Source: Eledone cirrhosa (lineage: Eukaryota). From it: DNA of 64,000 bases. Below, piece by piece: positions 15,001 to 26,726 of this stretch. Location: positions 11,594,001 to 11,658,000 of the forward strand of contig OZ024761.1 of the NCBI GenBank assembly GCA_964016885.1, in the 5' to 3' direction. The notes under the pieces were generated by a model, which did no database searches, was not told the origin of the DNA, and was given only the letters and a program-made list of their open reading frames with translations. How positions within the stretch are numbered: position 1 is the stretch's first letter; every line of letters begins with the position of its first letter. Position numbers and translations under genes: made by a program.

Positions 15001-16070
15001 ATTGTAGAGCTAGTCTAGGGTACTAAATACTGTGGTATAGATTGTAGAGCTAGTCTAGGGTGCTAAATACTGTGGTATAGATTGTAGAGCTAGTCTAGGG
15101 TGCTAAATACCGTGGTATAGAATGTAGAGCTAGTCTAGGGTGCTAAATACCGTGGTATAGATTGTAGAGCTATTCTAGGGTCCTAAATACCCTGGTATAG
15201 ATTGTAGAGCTAGTCTAGGGTGCTAAATACCCTGGTATAGATTGTAGAGCTAGTCTAGGGTGCTAAATACGCTGGTATAGATTGTAGAGCTAGTCTAGAG
15301 TGCTAAATACCCTGGTATAGATTGTAGAGCTAGTCTAGGGTGCTAAATACCCTGGTATAGATTGTAGAGCTAGTCTAGGGTGCTAAATACCCTCGTATAG
15401 ATTGTAGAGCTAGTCTAGGGTGCTAAATACCCTCGTATAGATTGTAGAGCTAGCCTAGGGTGGTAAATACCCTGGTATAAATTGTAGACCTAGCCTAGGG
15501 TGCTAAAAATCCTGACAAATATTGTAGAGCTAACCGAGGGTGGTAAATACCCTGGCACACATTGTAGAGTTAGTCTAGAGTACTAAATACCCTGGTATAG
15601 ATTGTAGACCTAGCCTAGGGTGGTAAATACCCTGACAAACATTGTAGAGCTAGTCTAGGGTGCTAAATACTCTGTCACATATTGTAGAGCTAGTATAGGG
15701 TACTAAATACCCTGGCATAGATTGTAGAGCTAGCCTAGGGTGCTAAATACCCTAGTACAATATAGAGCTAACCTAGGGTGCTAAATACCCTGGAAAACAT
15801 TGTAGAGTTAGCCTAGGGTGGTAAATACCCTGGCACATATTGTAGAGCTAGCCTAGGGTGCTAAATACTCTGGAAAACATTGTAGAGCTAGTCTAGGGTG
15901 CAAATACCCTGACAAACATTGGAGTGCTAGCATAGGGTGCTAAATACCCTGGCATACATTATAGAGCTAACCTAGGATGTTAAATAGCCAGGTATACATT
16001 GTAAGGCTAGCCTAGGGTGCTAAATACCCAGGCATACATTGGAGAGCTTACCTAGGGTGCTAAATGGCCA
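1..16070. repeat. 40-bp satellite/minisatellite array, about 400 copies, open at the left window edge
   Basis: The unit TATAGATTGTAGAGCTAGTCTAGGGT(G/A)CTAAATAC(TG/CG/CC)TGG is read directly. It is near-homogeneous to about 15400, then degenerates progressively to about 16070. Confidence 0.98.
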
Positions 16071-16384
16071 AGTACTGGTTCTGATTGTAATCTCAAAAGT
16101 ATAACAAATGCCTATAGTATTATTAAAAGCTAATAGTAAGGCTGTAGTGTACTATTTAGCTGTGGTCTGTAGTGTCATAGTGACTTGAACTACTGAGAGC
16201 AATAACAATCTATAGTGTGTCAGTGGAATTATATTGTAATCAATAGTAGAAGAGGTTTTTACTATTGAAATCTATTTACAATCAATACCATCAAAGGCAG
16301 GAGTACTGTTCAGTGCAGTACATGATAGCTTTCGTACAAACTCTGCAAATGCAGTGATGGCAATAAGCCCAAACTACTTTCAGC

Positions 16385-16715
16385 ACATACACACATATAT
16401 AAGTATATACACACATATATAAGTATATACACACATATATAAGTTTATATATATACATATATATAAGTATATATATATACATATATAAGTATATACATAC
16501 ATATATAAGTATATACACACATATATAAGTATATATATATACACATATATAAGTATATACACACATATATAAGTATATACATACATATGTAAGTATACAC
16601 ATACACACATATACGTACATACGTGCATATACAGATACACACACATACTCTCTCTCCAACACACAAATATATATTCACAAACACACACATAAATATACAC
16701 TCATATACACAAACA
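16385..16715. repeat. AT/CA-rich minisatellite (about 20-22 bp, ATATATAAGTATATACACAC) grading into (CA)n
   Basis: Tandem copies are visible. They explain the low-complexity Y/I/V/C ORFs. Confidence 0.9.
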
Positions 16716-16719
16716 ATAG

Positions 16720-17185
16720 CTACAACTACTACCACTACCACCACTAATACAAACTACTACAACTACTACCACTACCACCACTAATACTAAATACTACAAC
16801 TACTACCACTACCACCACTAATACTAACTACTACAACTACTACCACTACCACCACTAATACAAACTACTACAACTACTACCACTACCACCACTAATACTA
16901 ACTACTACAACTACTACCACTACCACCACTAATACAAACTACTACCACTACCACCACTAATACTAACTACTACAACTACTACCACTACCACCACTAATAC
17001 TAACTACTACAACTACTACCACTACCACCACTAATACTAACTACTACAACTACTACCACTACCACCACTAATACTAACTACTACAACTACTACCACTACC
17101 ACCACTAATACTAACTACTACAACTACCACCACTAATACTACTACTACGACCACCACCACCACCACCACCACCATTACCACTACT
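16720..17185. repeat. 37-bp minisatellite built from ACT/ACC triplets
   Basis: The unit CTAATACTAACTACTACAACTACTACCACTACCACCA is repeated about 11 times and ends in (ACC)n. Confidence 0.92.
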
Positions 17186-17202
17186 CATTTTTTGGGGGGG
17201 GG

Positions 17203-17336
17203 ATCGATTAAATCAACCCCAGAGCATTACTGGTACTTCATTTTATCAACCTCATAAGGATGAAAGGCAAAGTTAACCTTGGTGGGATTTGAACTCAGAA
17301 TGTAAAGGGCCATAACTCTATGCTGGATAGCATGGT
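17203..17336 (-). mobile_element. tRNA-derived SINE, family 1 (5'-truncated copy)
   Basis: The minus strand carries a B-box GAGTTCAAATCC followed by TTTGCCTTTCATCCT..GATAAAATGAAGTACCAG. The same block occurs at 25755, 26727 and 35921. Confidence 0.85.
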
Positions 17337-17339
17337 TTC

Positions 17340-18030
17340 TGAAGAAAAAGAAAAAGAAGAAGAGAAAGAAAGAAAGTAAGAAAGAGAGAAAGTAAGAAAG
17401 AGAGAAAAAAGAAAGAAAGAAAGAAAGAAAGAGAAAAAAGTAAGAAAGAGAGAAAAAAGAAAGAAAGTAAGAGAGAAAAAAGAAAGAAAGAAAGAAAGTA
17501 AGAAAGAGAGAGAGAAAAAAAGAGAAAGTAAGAAAGAGAGAAAGTAAGAGAGAAAAAAGAGAGAAAGAAAGAGAAAAAAGAACGAAAGTAAGAAAGAGAG
17601 AAAAAAAGAAAGAGAGAAAAAGGAAAGGAAGAAAGAGAGAAAAAAGAGAGAAAAAAGAAAGAAAGTAAGAAAGAGAGAAAAAAAAGAAAGAGAGAAAAAG
17701 GAAAGGAAGAAAGAGAGAAAAAAGAGAGAAAGAAAGAAAGAGAAAAAAGAAAGAAAGTAAGAAAGAGAGAAAAAAAAGAAAGAGAGAAAAAGGAAAGGAA
17801 GAAAGAGAGAAAAAAGAGAGAAAGAAAGAAAGAGAAAAAAGAAAGAAAGTAAGAAAGAGAGAAAAAAAAGAAAGAGAGAAAAAGGAAAGGAAGAAAGAGA
17901 GAAAAAAGAGAGAAAGAAAGAAAGAGAAAAAAGAAAGAAAGTAAGAAAGAGAGAAAAAAAAGTAAGAAAGAGAGAAAGAAAGAAAGAAAAAAGAAAGGAA
18001 GAAAGAGAGAAAGTAAGAAAGAGAAAAAGT

Positions 18031-18062
<32 letters not shown>

Positions 18063-18120
18063 AAAAAAGAAAGAAAGAAAGAAAGAAAGAAAGAAAAGAG
18101 AAAGAAAGAAAGAGAGAAAG
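17340..18120. repeat. Polypurine (GA/GAAA) tract of about 780 bp with internal 80-92 bp duplications
   Basis: The + strand is almost pure A/G. AAAGGAAAGG recurs near 17618, 17698, 17789 and 17881. Confidence 0.95.
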
Positions 18121-18212
18121 TTTTGCCATTGAGAAGATATTTCATCTTTTTTTTCTTTTTATCTTGTTTCAAGGTCAGCAGTTGGAGAAGAATGTTACCA
18201 CAGACTTACACT

Positions 18213-18319
18213 GGTGTGTGTGTCTGTGTATGTGTGTGAGTGTGTGTGTGTATGTGAGTGTGTGTGTATGTGTGAGTGTGTATGTGTGAGTGTGTCTGTG
18301 AGTCTGTGTTTGTATGTAT

Positions 18320-18370
<51 letters not shown>

Positions 18371-18515
18371 TGAGTTTGTTATGTGTGTGTATGTGCGAGT
18401 GTGTGTGTGTATATATGTATGTGAGTGTGTGTGTGTGTGTGACGGGGAGCATACATGTGCTTGTCAGTGTGTGTGAGTGTGTATGTGCATGTGTATGTAT
18501 GTGTGTGTGTGTGCA
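18213..18515. repeat. (TG)n compound microsatellite
   Basis: Read directly from the sequence. Confidence 0.95.
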
Positions 18516-18599
18516 GGAATATTTTTCAAATCTGTGTCACTCACATGGTCAACAATCTTACTACAATGGTCACACATGATGGTACAGTGGTGTGACAGA

Positions 18600-21397
18600 A
18601 GTGGTCAGGGTATAGTATACCACTGTGGTCAGTCTATAGTACACCAGTGGTCAGTCTATAGTATACCAGTGGTCAGTCTATAATATACCACTGTGGTCAG
18701 TCTATAGTACACCAGTGGTCAGGCTATAGTATACCAGTGGTCAGTCTATAGTACACCACTGTGGTCAGTCTATAGTACACCAGTGGTCAGTCTATAGTAT
18801 ACCACTGTGGTCAGGCTATAGTATACCAGTGGTCAGGCTATAGTACACCACTGTGGTCAGTCTATAGTACACCACTGTGGTCAGTCTATAGTACACCACT
18901 GTGGTCAGTCTATAGTACACCACTGTGGTCAGTCTATAGTATACCAGTGGTCAGTCTATAGTACACCACTGTGGTCAGGCTATAGTACACCACTGTGGTC
19001 AGGCTATAGTATACCACTGTGGTCAGGCTATAGTATACCAGTGGTCAGGCTATAGTATACCAGTGGTCAGTCTATAGTACACCACTGTGGTCAGTCTATA
19101 GTATACCACTGTGGTCAGGCTATAGTATACCACTGTGGTCAGTCTATAGTATACCAGTGGTCAGGCTATAGTACACCACTGTGGTCAGGCTATAGTATAC
19201 CAGTGGTCAGTCTATAGTATACCACTGGTCAGGCTATAGTATACCAGTGGTCAGGCTATAGTATACCAGTGGTCAGTCTATAGTACACCACTGTGGTCAG
19301 GCTATAGTATACCACTGTGGTCAGTCTATAGTATACCAGTGGTCAGGCTATAGTATACCAGTGGTCAGTCTATAGTACACCACTGTGGTCAGTCTATAGT
19401 ATACCAGTGGTCAGGCTATAGTATACCACTGTGGTCAGGCTATAGTACACCACTGTGGTCAGACTATAGTATACCACTGTGGTCAGTCTATAGTATACCA
19501 GTGGTCAGGCTATAGTACACCAGTGGTCAGGCTATAGTATACCAGTGGTCAGTCTATAGTATACCACTGTGGTCAGGCTATAGTACACCACTGTGGTCAG
19601 TCTATAGTATACCAGTGGTCAGTCTATAGTACACCACTGTGGTCAGTCTATAGTACACCACTGTGGTCAGGCTATAGTATACCAGTGGTCAGGCTATAGT
19701 ATACCACTGTGGTCAGGCTATAGTACACCACTGTGGTCTGGCTATAGTATACCAGTGGTCAGGCTATAGTATACCACTGTGGTCAGGCTATAGTATACCA
19801 CTGGTCAGGCTATAGTACACCACAGTGGTCAGTCTATAGTATACCAGTGGTCAGTCTAGAGTATACCAGTGGTCAGGCTATAGTATACCAGTGGTCAGTC
19901 TATAGTACACCACTGGTCAGGCTATAGTACACCAGTGGTCAGTTTATAGTACACCACTGTGGTCAGTCTATAGTATACCAGTGGTCAATCTATAGTATAC
20001 CACTGTGGTCAGTCTATAGTACACCAGTGGTCAGGCTATAGTACACCACTGTGGTCAGTCTATAGTACACCAGTGGTCAGTCTATAGTACACCAGTGGTC
20101 AGTCTATAGTACACCACTGTGGTCAGTCTATAGTACACCAGTGGTCAGTCTATAGTACACCACTGTGGTCAGTCTATAGTACACCACTGTGGTCAGTCTA
20201 TAGTATACCAGTGGTCAGGCTATAGTATACCACTGTGGTCAGTCTATAGTATACCAGTGGTCAGGCTATAGTATACCAGTGGTCAGGCTATAGTACACCA
20301 CTGTGGTCAGTCTATAGTATACCAGTGGTCAGGCTATAGTATACCACTGTGGTCAGGCTATAGTACACCACTGTGGTCAGGCTATAGTATACCACTGTGG
20401 TCAGTCTATAGTATACCACTGTGGTCAGGCTATAGTACACCACTGTGGTCAGTCTATAGTACACCACTGTGGTCAGTCTATAGTACACCACTGTGGTCAG
20501 GCTATAGTATACCAGTGGTCAGGCTATAGTATACCACTGTGGTCAGGCTATAGTACACCACTGTGGTCTGGCTATAGTATACCAGTGGTCAGGCTATAGT
20601 ATACCACTGTGGTCAGGCTATAGTATACCACTGGTCAGGCTATAGTACACCACTGTGGTCAGTCTATAGTATACCAGTGGTCAGTCTATAGTATACCAGT
20701 GGTCAGTCTATAGTACACCACTGGCCAGGCTATAGTACACCAGTGGTCAGTCTATAGTACACCACTGTGGTCAGTCTATAGTATACCAGTGGTCAGGCTA
20801 TAGTATACCAGTGGTCAGTCTATAGTATACCACTGTGGTCAGTCTATAGTACACCAGTGGTCAGTCTATAGTACACCAGTGGTCAGGCTATAGTACACCA
20901 GTGGTCAGTCTATAGTACACCACTGTGGTCAGTATAGTACACCACTGTGGTCAGTCTAGTACACCAGTGGTCAGTCTATAGTACACCAGTCTGGTCAGTC
21001 TATAGTACACCAGTGGTCAGTCTATAGTACACCACTGTGGTCAGTCTATAGTACACCAGTGGTCAGTCTATAGTACACCACTGTGGTCAGTCTATAGTAC
21101 ACCAGTGGTCAGTCTATAGTACACCACTGTGGTCAGTCTATAGTACACCACTGTGGTCAGTCTATAGTATACCAGTGGTCAGGCTATAGTACACCACTGG
21201 TCAGTCTATAATACACCAGTGGTCAGGCTATAGTACACCAGTGGTCAGGCTATAGTACACCAGTGGTCAGTCTATAGTATACCACAGTGGTCAGTCTATA
21301 GTACACCACTGTGGTCAGTCTATAGTACACCACTGTGGTCAGTCTATAGTACACCACTGTGGTCAGTCTATAGTATACCACTGTGGTCAGTCTATAG
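18600..21397. repeat. 22/24-bp minisatellite, about 120 copies
   Basis: The unit is GGTCAG(T/G)CTATAGTA(C/T)ACCA(CT)GT. Two length variants are interspersed. Confidence 0.97.
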
Positions 21398-21698
21398 ATT
21401 TCTAGGAGCTGGGAATTGACAGTATCATTAGAGTGACGGTCAACATGCTTTGTGGCATAGAGTTACAACCCTTTACATACGGAGTTCATATCTCTCCAAG
21501 GTTAGCTTTGCCTTTCAGAGATGTGAAAGTAGATGACACAAAAAATGTTGAGAACTCCTTGTATCAAAAAATGGTTTGCACTACCTGCACCTGGGTCCAA
21601 TGGTGTGTTGCACCCAGGTGCAATCAGGTGTGACATAAAAGAGAGGGATTACATTTCAAAATATGAAAAATTGAAATTGAAATTCATTATAAAGTTCA

Positions 21699-21743
<45 letters not shown>

Positions 21744-21751
21744 ATATATAT

Positions 21752-22038
21752 GTTAAGTGTTTCCGTAGGAAAGGTAAAGGAAAGGAGAGTGCTCTATGTA
21801 TGCTACAGAGCTATTTAGACAATTATTCCATTTACCAAAGGTTTCACGAAGACAGATGAGCTCGACACAGACGTTATTTTATTTTATATCAGCTTCGCTT
21901 TCAATTGTTTTAGCCTTTGTTTTTAAATCCATAACTCACATCCACTTCAAATAAAATTCCATTCTGATGAGCGATTTCGGACGTCTGCTTCGAGTTAGTC
22001 TGTCTTCGTGAAACCTTTGGTAAATGGAATAATTGTCT
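21752..22038 (-). mobile_element. Penelope-like remnant (module A): minus-strand 3' end with tail, plus an inverted arm containing a complete hammerhead
   Basis: A 58-bp inverted repeat (21817-21874 vs 21981-22038) is present, with a hammerhead inside the right segment. The left side abuts (TA)n and a tail homolog lies at 62063-62118. Confidence 0.7.
21956..22030 (+). ncRNA. Type I hammerhead ribozyme, complete core
   Basis: Stem I ATTCCATT (21956-63) pairs with AATGGAAT (22023-30). Core CTGATGA at 21964-70, stem II GCGA/TCGT, GAAA at 22010-13, stem III ACC-ttt-GGT. Cleavage triplet GUA, cut 3' of 22022. Confidence 0.85.
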
Positions 22039-22068
22039 GATGTTGTTTATTACATAACTAAATATATA

Positions 22069-22666
22069 TAGAAGTGGTTACACAGCAGTTAGTTCACCAT
22101 ACCGAGAACAATTGTTTCAACTTAGCGGATCCTCGAAACTCACAAGCCACGTATGGTCCCTCAAGGACTCAAGTATAGACTACTCCATTCAATGGAAAGC
22201 CATCACTAAGTCCAAGCCATACGCAAGGGGAAATCCGACGTGCGGCTTATGTATTGACGAACGAATAACTATTCTAAAGAGATTACGCAATAGTGATTGC
22301 CTAAAGACGAGAAATGAATTTTTCACACGTTGTCCACACGTCGCCAAACACCTATTGCATATCTACAAGGCTCTTTGTAATTTTATTTTCAACCTAAAAA
22401 CTTTTCGGACTTTCGCAGTTATCTCCCTTACACCTCTCACACGCAGTCTAGTATTGCCTGTGTGAAGAGACCGGGTTTCTGCACATGCGCGTTCGTACGG
22501 TTGTCCTTCCAGTTCCTATAACCATACACATCCCGAGCTGGGGATCCGCTAAGGTGAAACAATAGTTCTTGGTGTGGTGAACTAACTGTTGTGTAACCTC
22601 TTCTACCTAACTCGTCCCATGGACTGAGTGCTCTACCACTACGGATATTACCTTCCAGTGTTCCAC

Positions 22667-22670
<4 letters not shown>
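22069..22670 (+). mobile_element. 5'-truncated Penelope-like element with inverted 5' arm, flanked by (TA)n
   Basis: The inverted repeat 22069-22132 vs 22542-22605 brackets an endonuclease C-terminal fragment. A 65-nt tail then runs into long (TA)n. Confidence 0.8.
22133..22380 (+). pseudogene. C-terminal fragment of a Penelope-like GIY-YIG endonuclease
   Basis: SKLTSHVWSLKD..YSIQWKAI..SKPY....CGLCIDERITIL....CLKTRNEFFTRCPH matches, from memory, the PLE C-terminal pattern LS.H.W.LK..W..CxLCxxEK..LNxRxE...CxH. The ORF-track start lies in the inverted arm and is not real. Confidence 0.8.
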
Positions 22671-22739
<69 letters not shown>

Positions 22740-22837
22740 GAGAAGAAAGAAGAATACTGCGTGGTTTGCACATGGGTTACATATGATAAAAATAGTCCTT
22801 CGTCAGTGATTTTCCAACCATCATTGGTATTTCATCG

Positions 22838-22895
<58 letters not shown>

Positions 22896-22988
22896 GTGAA
22901 AGTGAGGCAACAAAGAGACTGGGACTGAAGGCATACACACACACACCAAACATACATACACATACCAAATACACATACAAACACACCA

Positions 22989-23034
<46 letters not shown>

Positions 23035-23594
23035 GCTGTCAAAGGGGGGACAACTAGGCTGGGAATGAAAATATAGCTGAAATACATATACACACACACA
23101 CACACAAAACAGACATATACACATACACACAAAACACACAACACACCACACACACATTGCAGACATATGTTCCTCATTAATAACTTTGCTCTAATTATTT
23201 ACTAATGAAGGAAATGCAAATAATTGTCTTGTATTTCTAATTAACTAAAGACAGGTAATTGGTGAAGTTGTGGAGTTGTTAAACCAGAATGGTAGAGTTG
23301 TTAGACCATCAGATAGAATGACCCAAGACACACTGTATGACCCCCCCTACAACACCCCTTCAACTTCCTGAGGAGTTATGGGTCCATACCAACCAATTAT
23401 CTGAGGGTCAGCCGAAAACTTCATAGGCTGACTATGAAGGAGTGATGCTAGAGCTGTGAAATCTTGCATTCATTAATTTCAACTCTTCTTATTAATAACT
23501 GTATTGTTTCTTTCCAAGGACTGTGTTGAGAAATAAACCTCATTTGGTCATTCCATGAGAGTATCTTGGTCATTCCAACCCTCGTATATTTCAT

Positions 23595-23790
23595 CATGAC
23601 CATTTAATGTCCATTTTCCCAAGCTAGCATGGGTTAGACGAGTTGTCCTGTTGTGAGGCAAGCCAGATCAGGTGACCATGTCTTGCTCGTACAGAACTGA
23701 TTTTGGTTTGGTTTCTACAGCTGGATGCCCTTCCTAATGCCAACCACATTTACAGTGTGTACTGGATGCTCTTTGTCATGACACCTACAG
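23595..23790 (-). mobile_element. SINE-like element family 2 with (ATG)n-type tail; its upstream part is expanded into the adjacent 48-bp array
   Basis: The minus strand reads GTTGGCATTAGGAAGGGCATCCAGCTGTAGAAAC...CCCATGCTAGCTTGGGAAAATGGACATTAAATG, homologous to 26257-26488 and 29510-29750. Confidence 0.8.
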
Positions 23791-25265
23791 AACCACTTTA
23801 CACTGTGGACTGGGTGCTTTTTGTCGTGACACCTACAGAACCACTTTACACTGTGGACTGGGTGCTTTTTGTCGTGACACCTACAGAACCACTTTATAGT
23901 GTGGACTGGGTGCTTTTTGTCGTGACACCTACACAACCACTTTACACTGTGGACTGGGTGATTTTTATCATTACACCTACACAACCACTTTACAGTGTGG
24001 ACTGGGTGCTTTTTGTCGTGACACCTACACAACCACTTTACACTGTGGACTGGGTGATTTTTATCATTACACCTACACAACCACTTTACAGTGTGGACTG
24101 GGTGCTTTTTGTCGTGACACCTACAGAACCACTTTACACTGTGGACTGGGTGCTTTTTGTCGTGACACCTACAGAACCACTTTACAGTGTGGACTGGGTG
24201 ATTTTTATCATTACACCCACACAACCACTTTACAGTGTGGACTGGGTGCTTGTTGTCGTGACACCTACACAACCACTTTACACTGTGGACTGGGTGCTTT
24301 TTGTTGTGACACCTACAGAACCACTTTACAGTGTGGACTGGGTGCTTTTTGTCGTGACACCTACACAACCACTTTACACTGTGGACTGGGTGCTTTTTGT
24401 CGTGACACCTACACAAACACTTTACAGTGTGGACTGGGTGCTTGTTGTCGTGACACCTACACAACCACTTTACACTGTGGACTGGGTGCTTTTTGTCGTG
24501 ACACCTACACAAACACTTTACAGTGTGGACTGGGTGCTTGTTGTCGTGACACCTACACAAACACTTTACAGTGTGGACTGGGTGCTTTTTGTTGTGACAC
24601 CTACAGAACCACTTTACAGTGTGGACTGGGTGCTTGTTGTTGTGGCACCTACACAACCACTTTACACTGTGGACTGGGTGCTTGTTGTCGTGACACCTAC
24701 ACAAACACTTTACAGTGTGGACTGGGTGCTTGTTGTCGTGACACCTACACAAACACTTTACAGTGTGGACTGGGTGCTTTTTGTCGTGACACCTACACAA
24801 ACACTTTACAGTGTGGACTGGGTGCTTTTTGTCGTGACACCTACACAAACACTTTACAGTGTGGACTGGGTGCTTGTTGTCGTGACACCTACACAAACAC
24901 TTTACAGTGTGGACTGGGTGCTTTTTGTCGTGACACCTACACAAACACTTTACAGTGTGGACTGGGTGCTTTTTGTCGTGACACCTACACAAACACTTTA
25001 CAGTGTGGACTGGGTGCTTGTTGTCGTGACACCTACACAAACACTTTACAGTGTGGACTGGGTGCTTGTTGTCGTGACACCTACAGAACCACTTTACAGT
25101 GTGGACTGGGTGCTTGTTGTTGTGGCACCTACACAAACACTTTACAGTGTGGACTGGGTGCTTGTTGTCGTGACACCTACAGAACCACTTTACAGTGTGG
25201 ACTGGGTGCTTGTTGTCGTGACACCTACACAACCACTTTACAGTGTGGACTGGGTGCTTTTTGTT
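23745..25265. repeat. 48-bp minisatellite, about 31 copies
   Basis: The unit is GTGGACTGGGTGCTTTTTGTCGTGACACCTACAGAACCACTTTACA(C/G)T. The 48-bp period gives the 16-aa periodic ORFs on both strands. Confidence 0.97.
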
Positions 25266-25754
25266 GAATGAAAGGCACTGCCTAGGATTTTCAAATTATT
25301 TTGAAAATAACCAAGAATTTAAAGAGGTCGTATCTAGTAAAATAACTCCCTTTCTCATTCTGAAGCTGGTGTTTGGAAATATAAAAAAAGGTTCTTGCAG
25401 GAAATTAGAATGCAATAATTTTAGCTAAATATAAACCCTTTAAAATAAGCAGTTTTCTATCATGGAACCAGGAGGGGTTTTAGACGGGTTGGTATAAAAA
25501 GAGTTAAGAGCATTAGCATCATTTAACATCTGCTTTCCCTGCTAGTATGGGTTGGACAGGTCTACATACACCAAGTCAGTACTGAAGCGGGGCTACTGAC
25601 CTCCCAGACAAACCAGGTACGACAGGTCTGTATCCAACTTACGTACATGAAATAATAAAGGGAAGTCATTCTAATATCTCTAGCCAGGAAAATAGTGGAA
25701 CCACTGGAGTAAGTAGCACCCACACCACCACCATCAGTGAGGGAGAGAGAGATA

Positions 25755-25943
25755 TTTCTACTTTTGGCACAAGGCCAGCCATAACCTCCAGTGCATTACT
25801 GGTACTTCATTTTATCGACCCCGTAAGGATGAAAGGCAAAGTAGACCCTGGCGGGATTCGAACTCAGACCGTAAATGACCATAACTCTATGCTGCAACAC
25901 ATGGTATCTGACGCTCTACCGATTACTGCCAAACCACCGCCCT
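25755..25943 (-). mobile_element. tRNA-derived SINE family 1, near full length
   Basis: The minus strand has an A-box-like TGGCAGTAATCGG, B-box GAGTTCGAATCC, the central GCCTTTCATCCTTACGGGGTCGATAAAATG block and the 3' end GCCTTGTGCCAAAAGTAGAAA. Confidence 0.88.
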
Positions 25944-25954
25944 TACACAAAATT

Positions 25955-26488
<534 letters not shown>

Positions 26489-26503
26489 TATATATATATA
26501 TAT

Positions 26504-26712
26504 ATAGGAACGAGTAGGACCCCGACGGCTGAGCTCAAGCCGTTTCGACGGCTAATTCTGGACTAAATGATTTAGTCCAGAATTAGCAGTCGAAACGGCT
26601 TGAGCTCAGCCGTCGGGGTCCTACTCGTTCCTATTACCCACTCTACTACCCTAAGTATTGAGTACTTTGGTGCGTTATGGTCCACCTGGTTCCTTACCAC
26701 ATTTCCTTCGTT
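26504..26712 (+). mobile_element. Penelope-like mini-module B: 131-bp palindrome (hammerhead 3' half plus its inverted copy) and 78-nt tail, in (TA)n
   Basis: Arms 26504-26568 and 26570-26634 are 64/65 complementary. The right arm contains GAAACGGCT..AGCCGTC. The tail is shared with 34663-34736 and 61855-61932. Confidence 0.7.
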
Positions 26713-26726
26713 ATATATATATCAAT

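Noticed and set aside
17227-18172. F/L/S-rich membrane-like ORFs
   Set aside because: They translate the polypyrimidine strand.
1-21397. CRISPR-like appearance of the short-period arrays
   Set aside because: There are no unique spacers and no cas genes, and the context is eukaryotic.
22736-22840. Minus-strand CTGACGA and GAAA between (TA)n tracts
   Set aside because: The stems cannot be assembled into any hammerhead topology. It may be a TE fragment but is unsupported.
23703-25271. 522-aa and 505-aa ORFs on opposite strands (VDWVLFVVTPTEPLYT / CRCHDKKHPVH repeats)
   Set aside because: These are by-products of a stop-free 48-bp SINE-derived minisatellite. There is no unique domain and no real start codon.
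25280-25507. Possible TTAA-terminated DNA transposon end (AAAAGAGTTAA)
   Set aside because: Only one terminus is visible and there is no second copy in the window.
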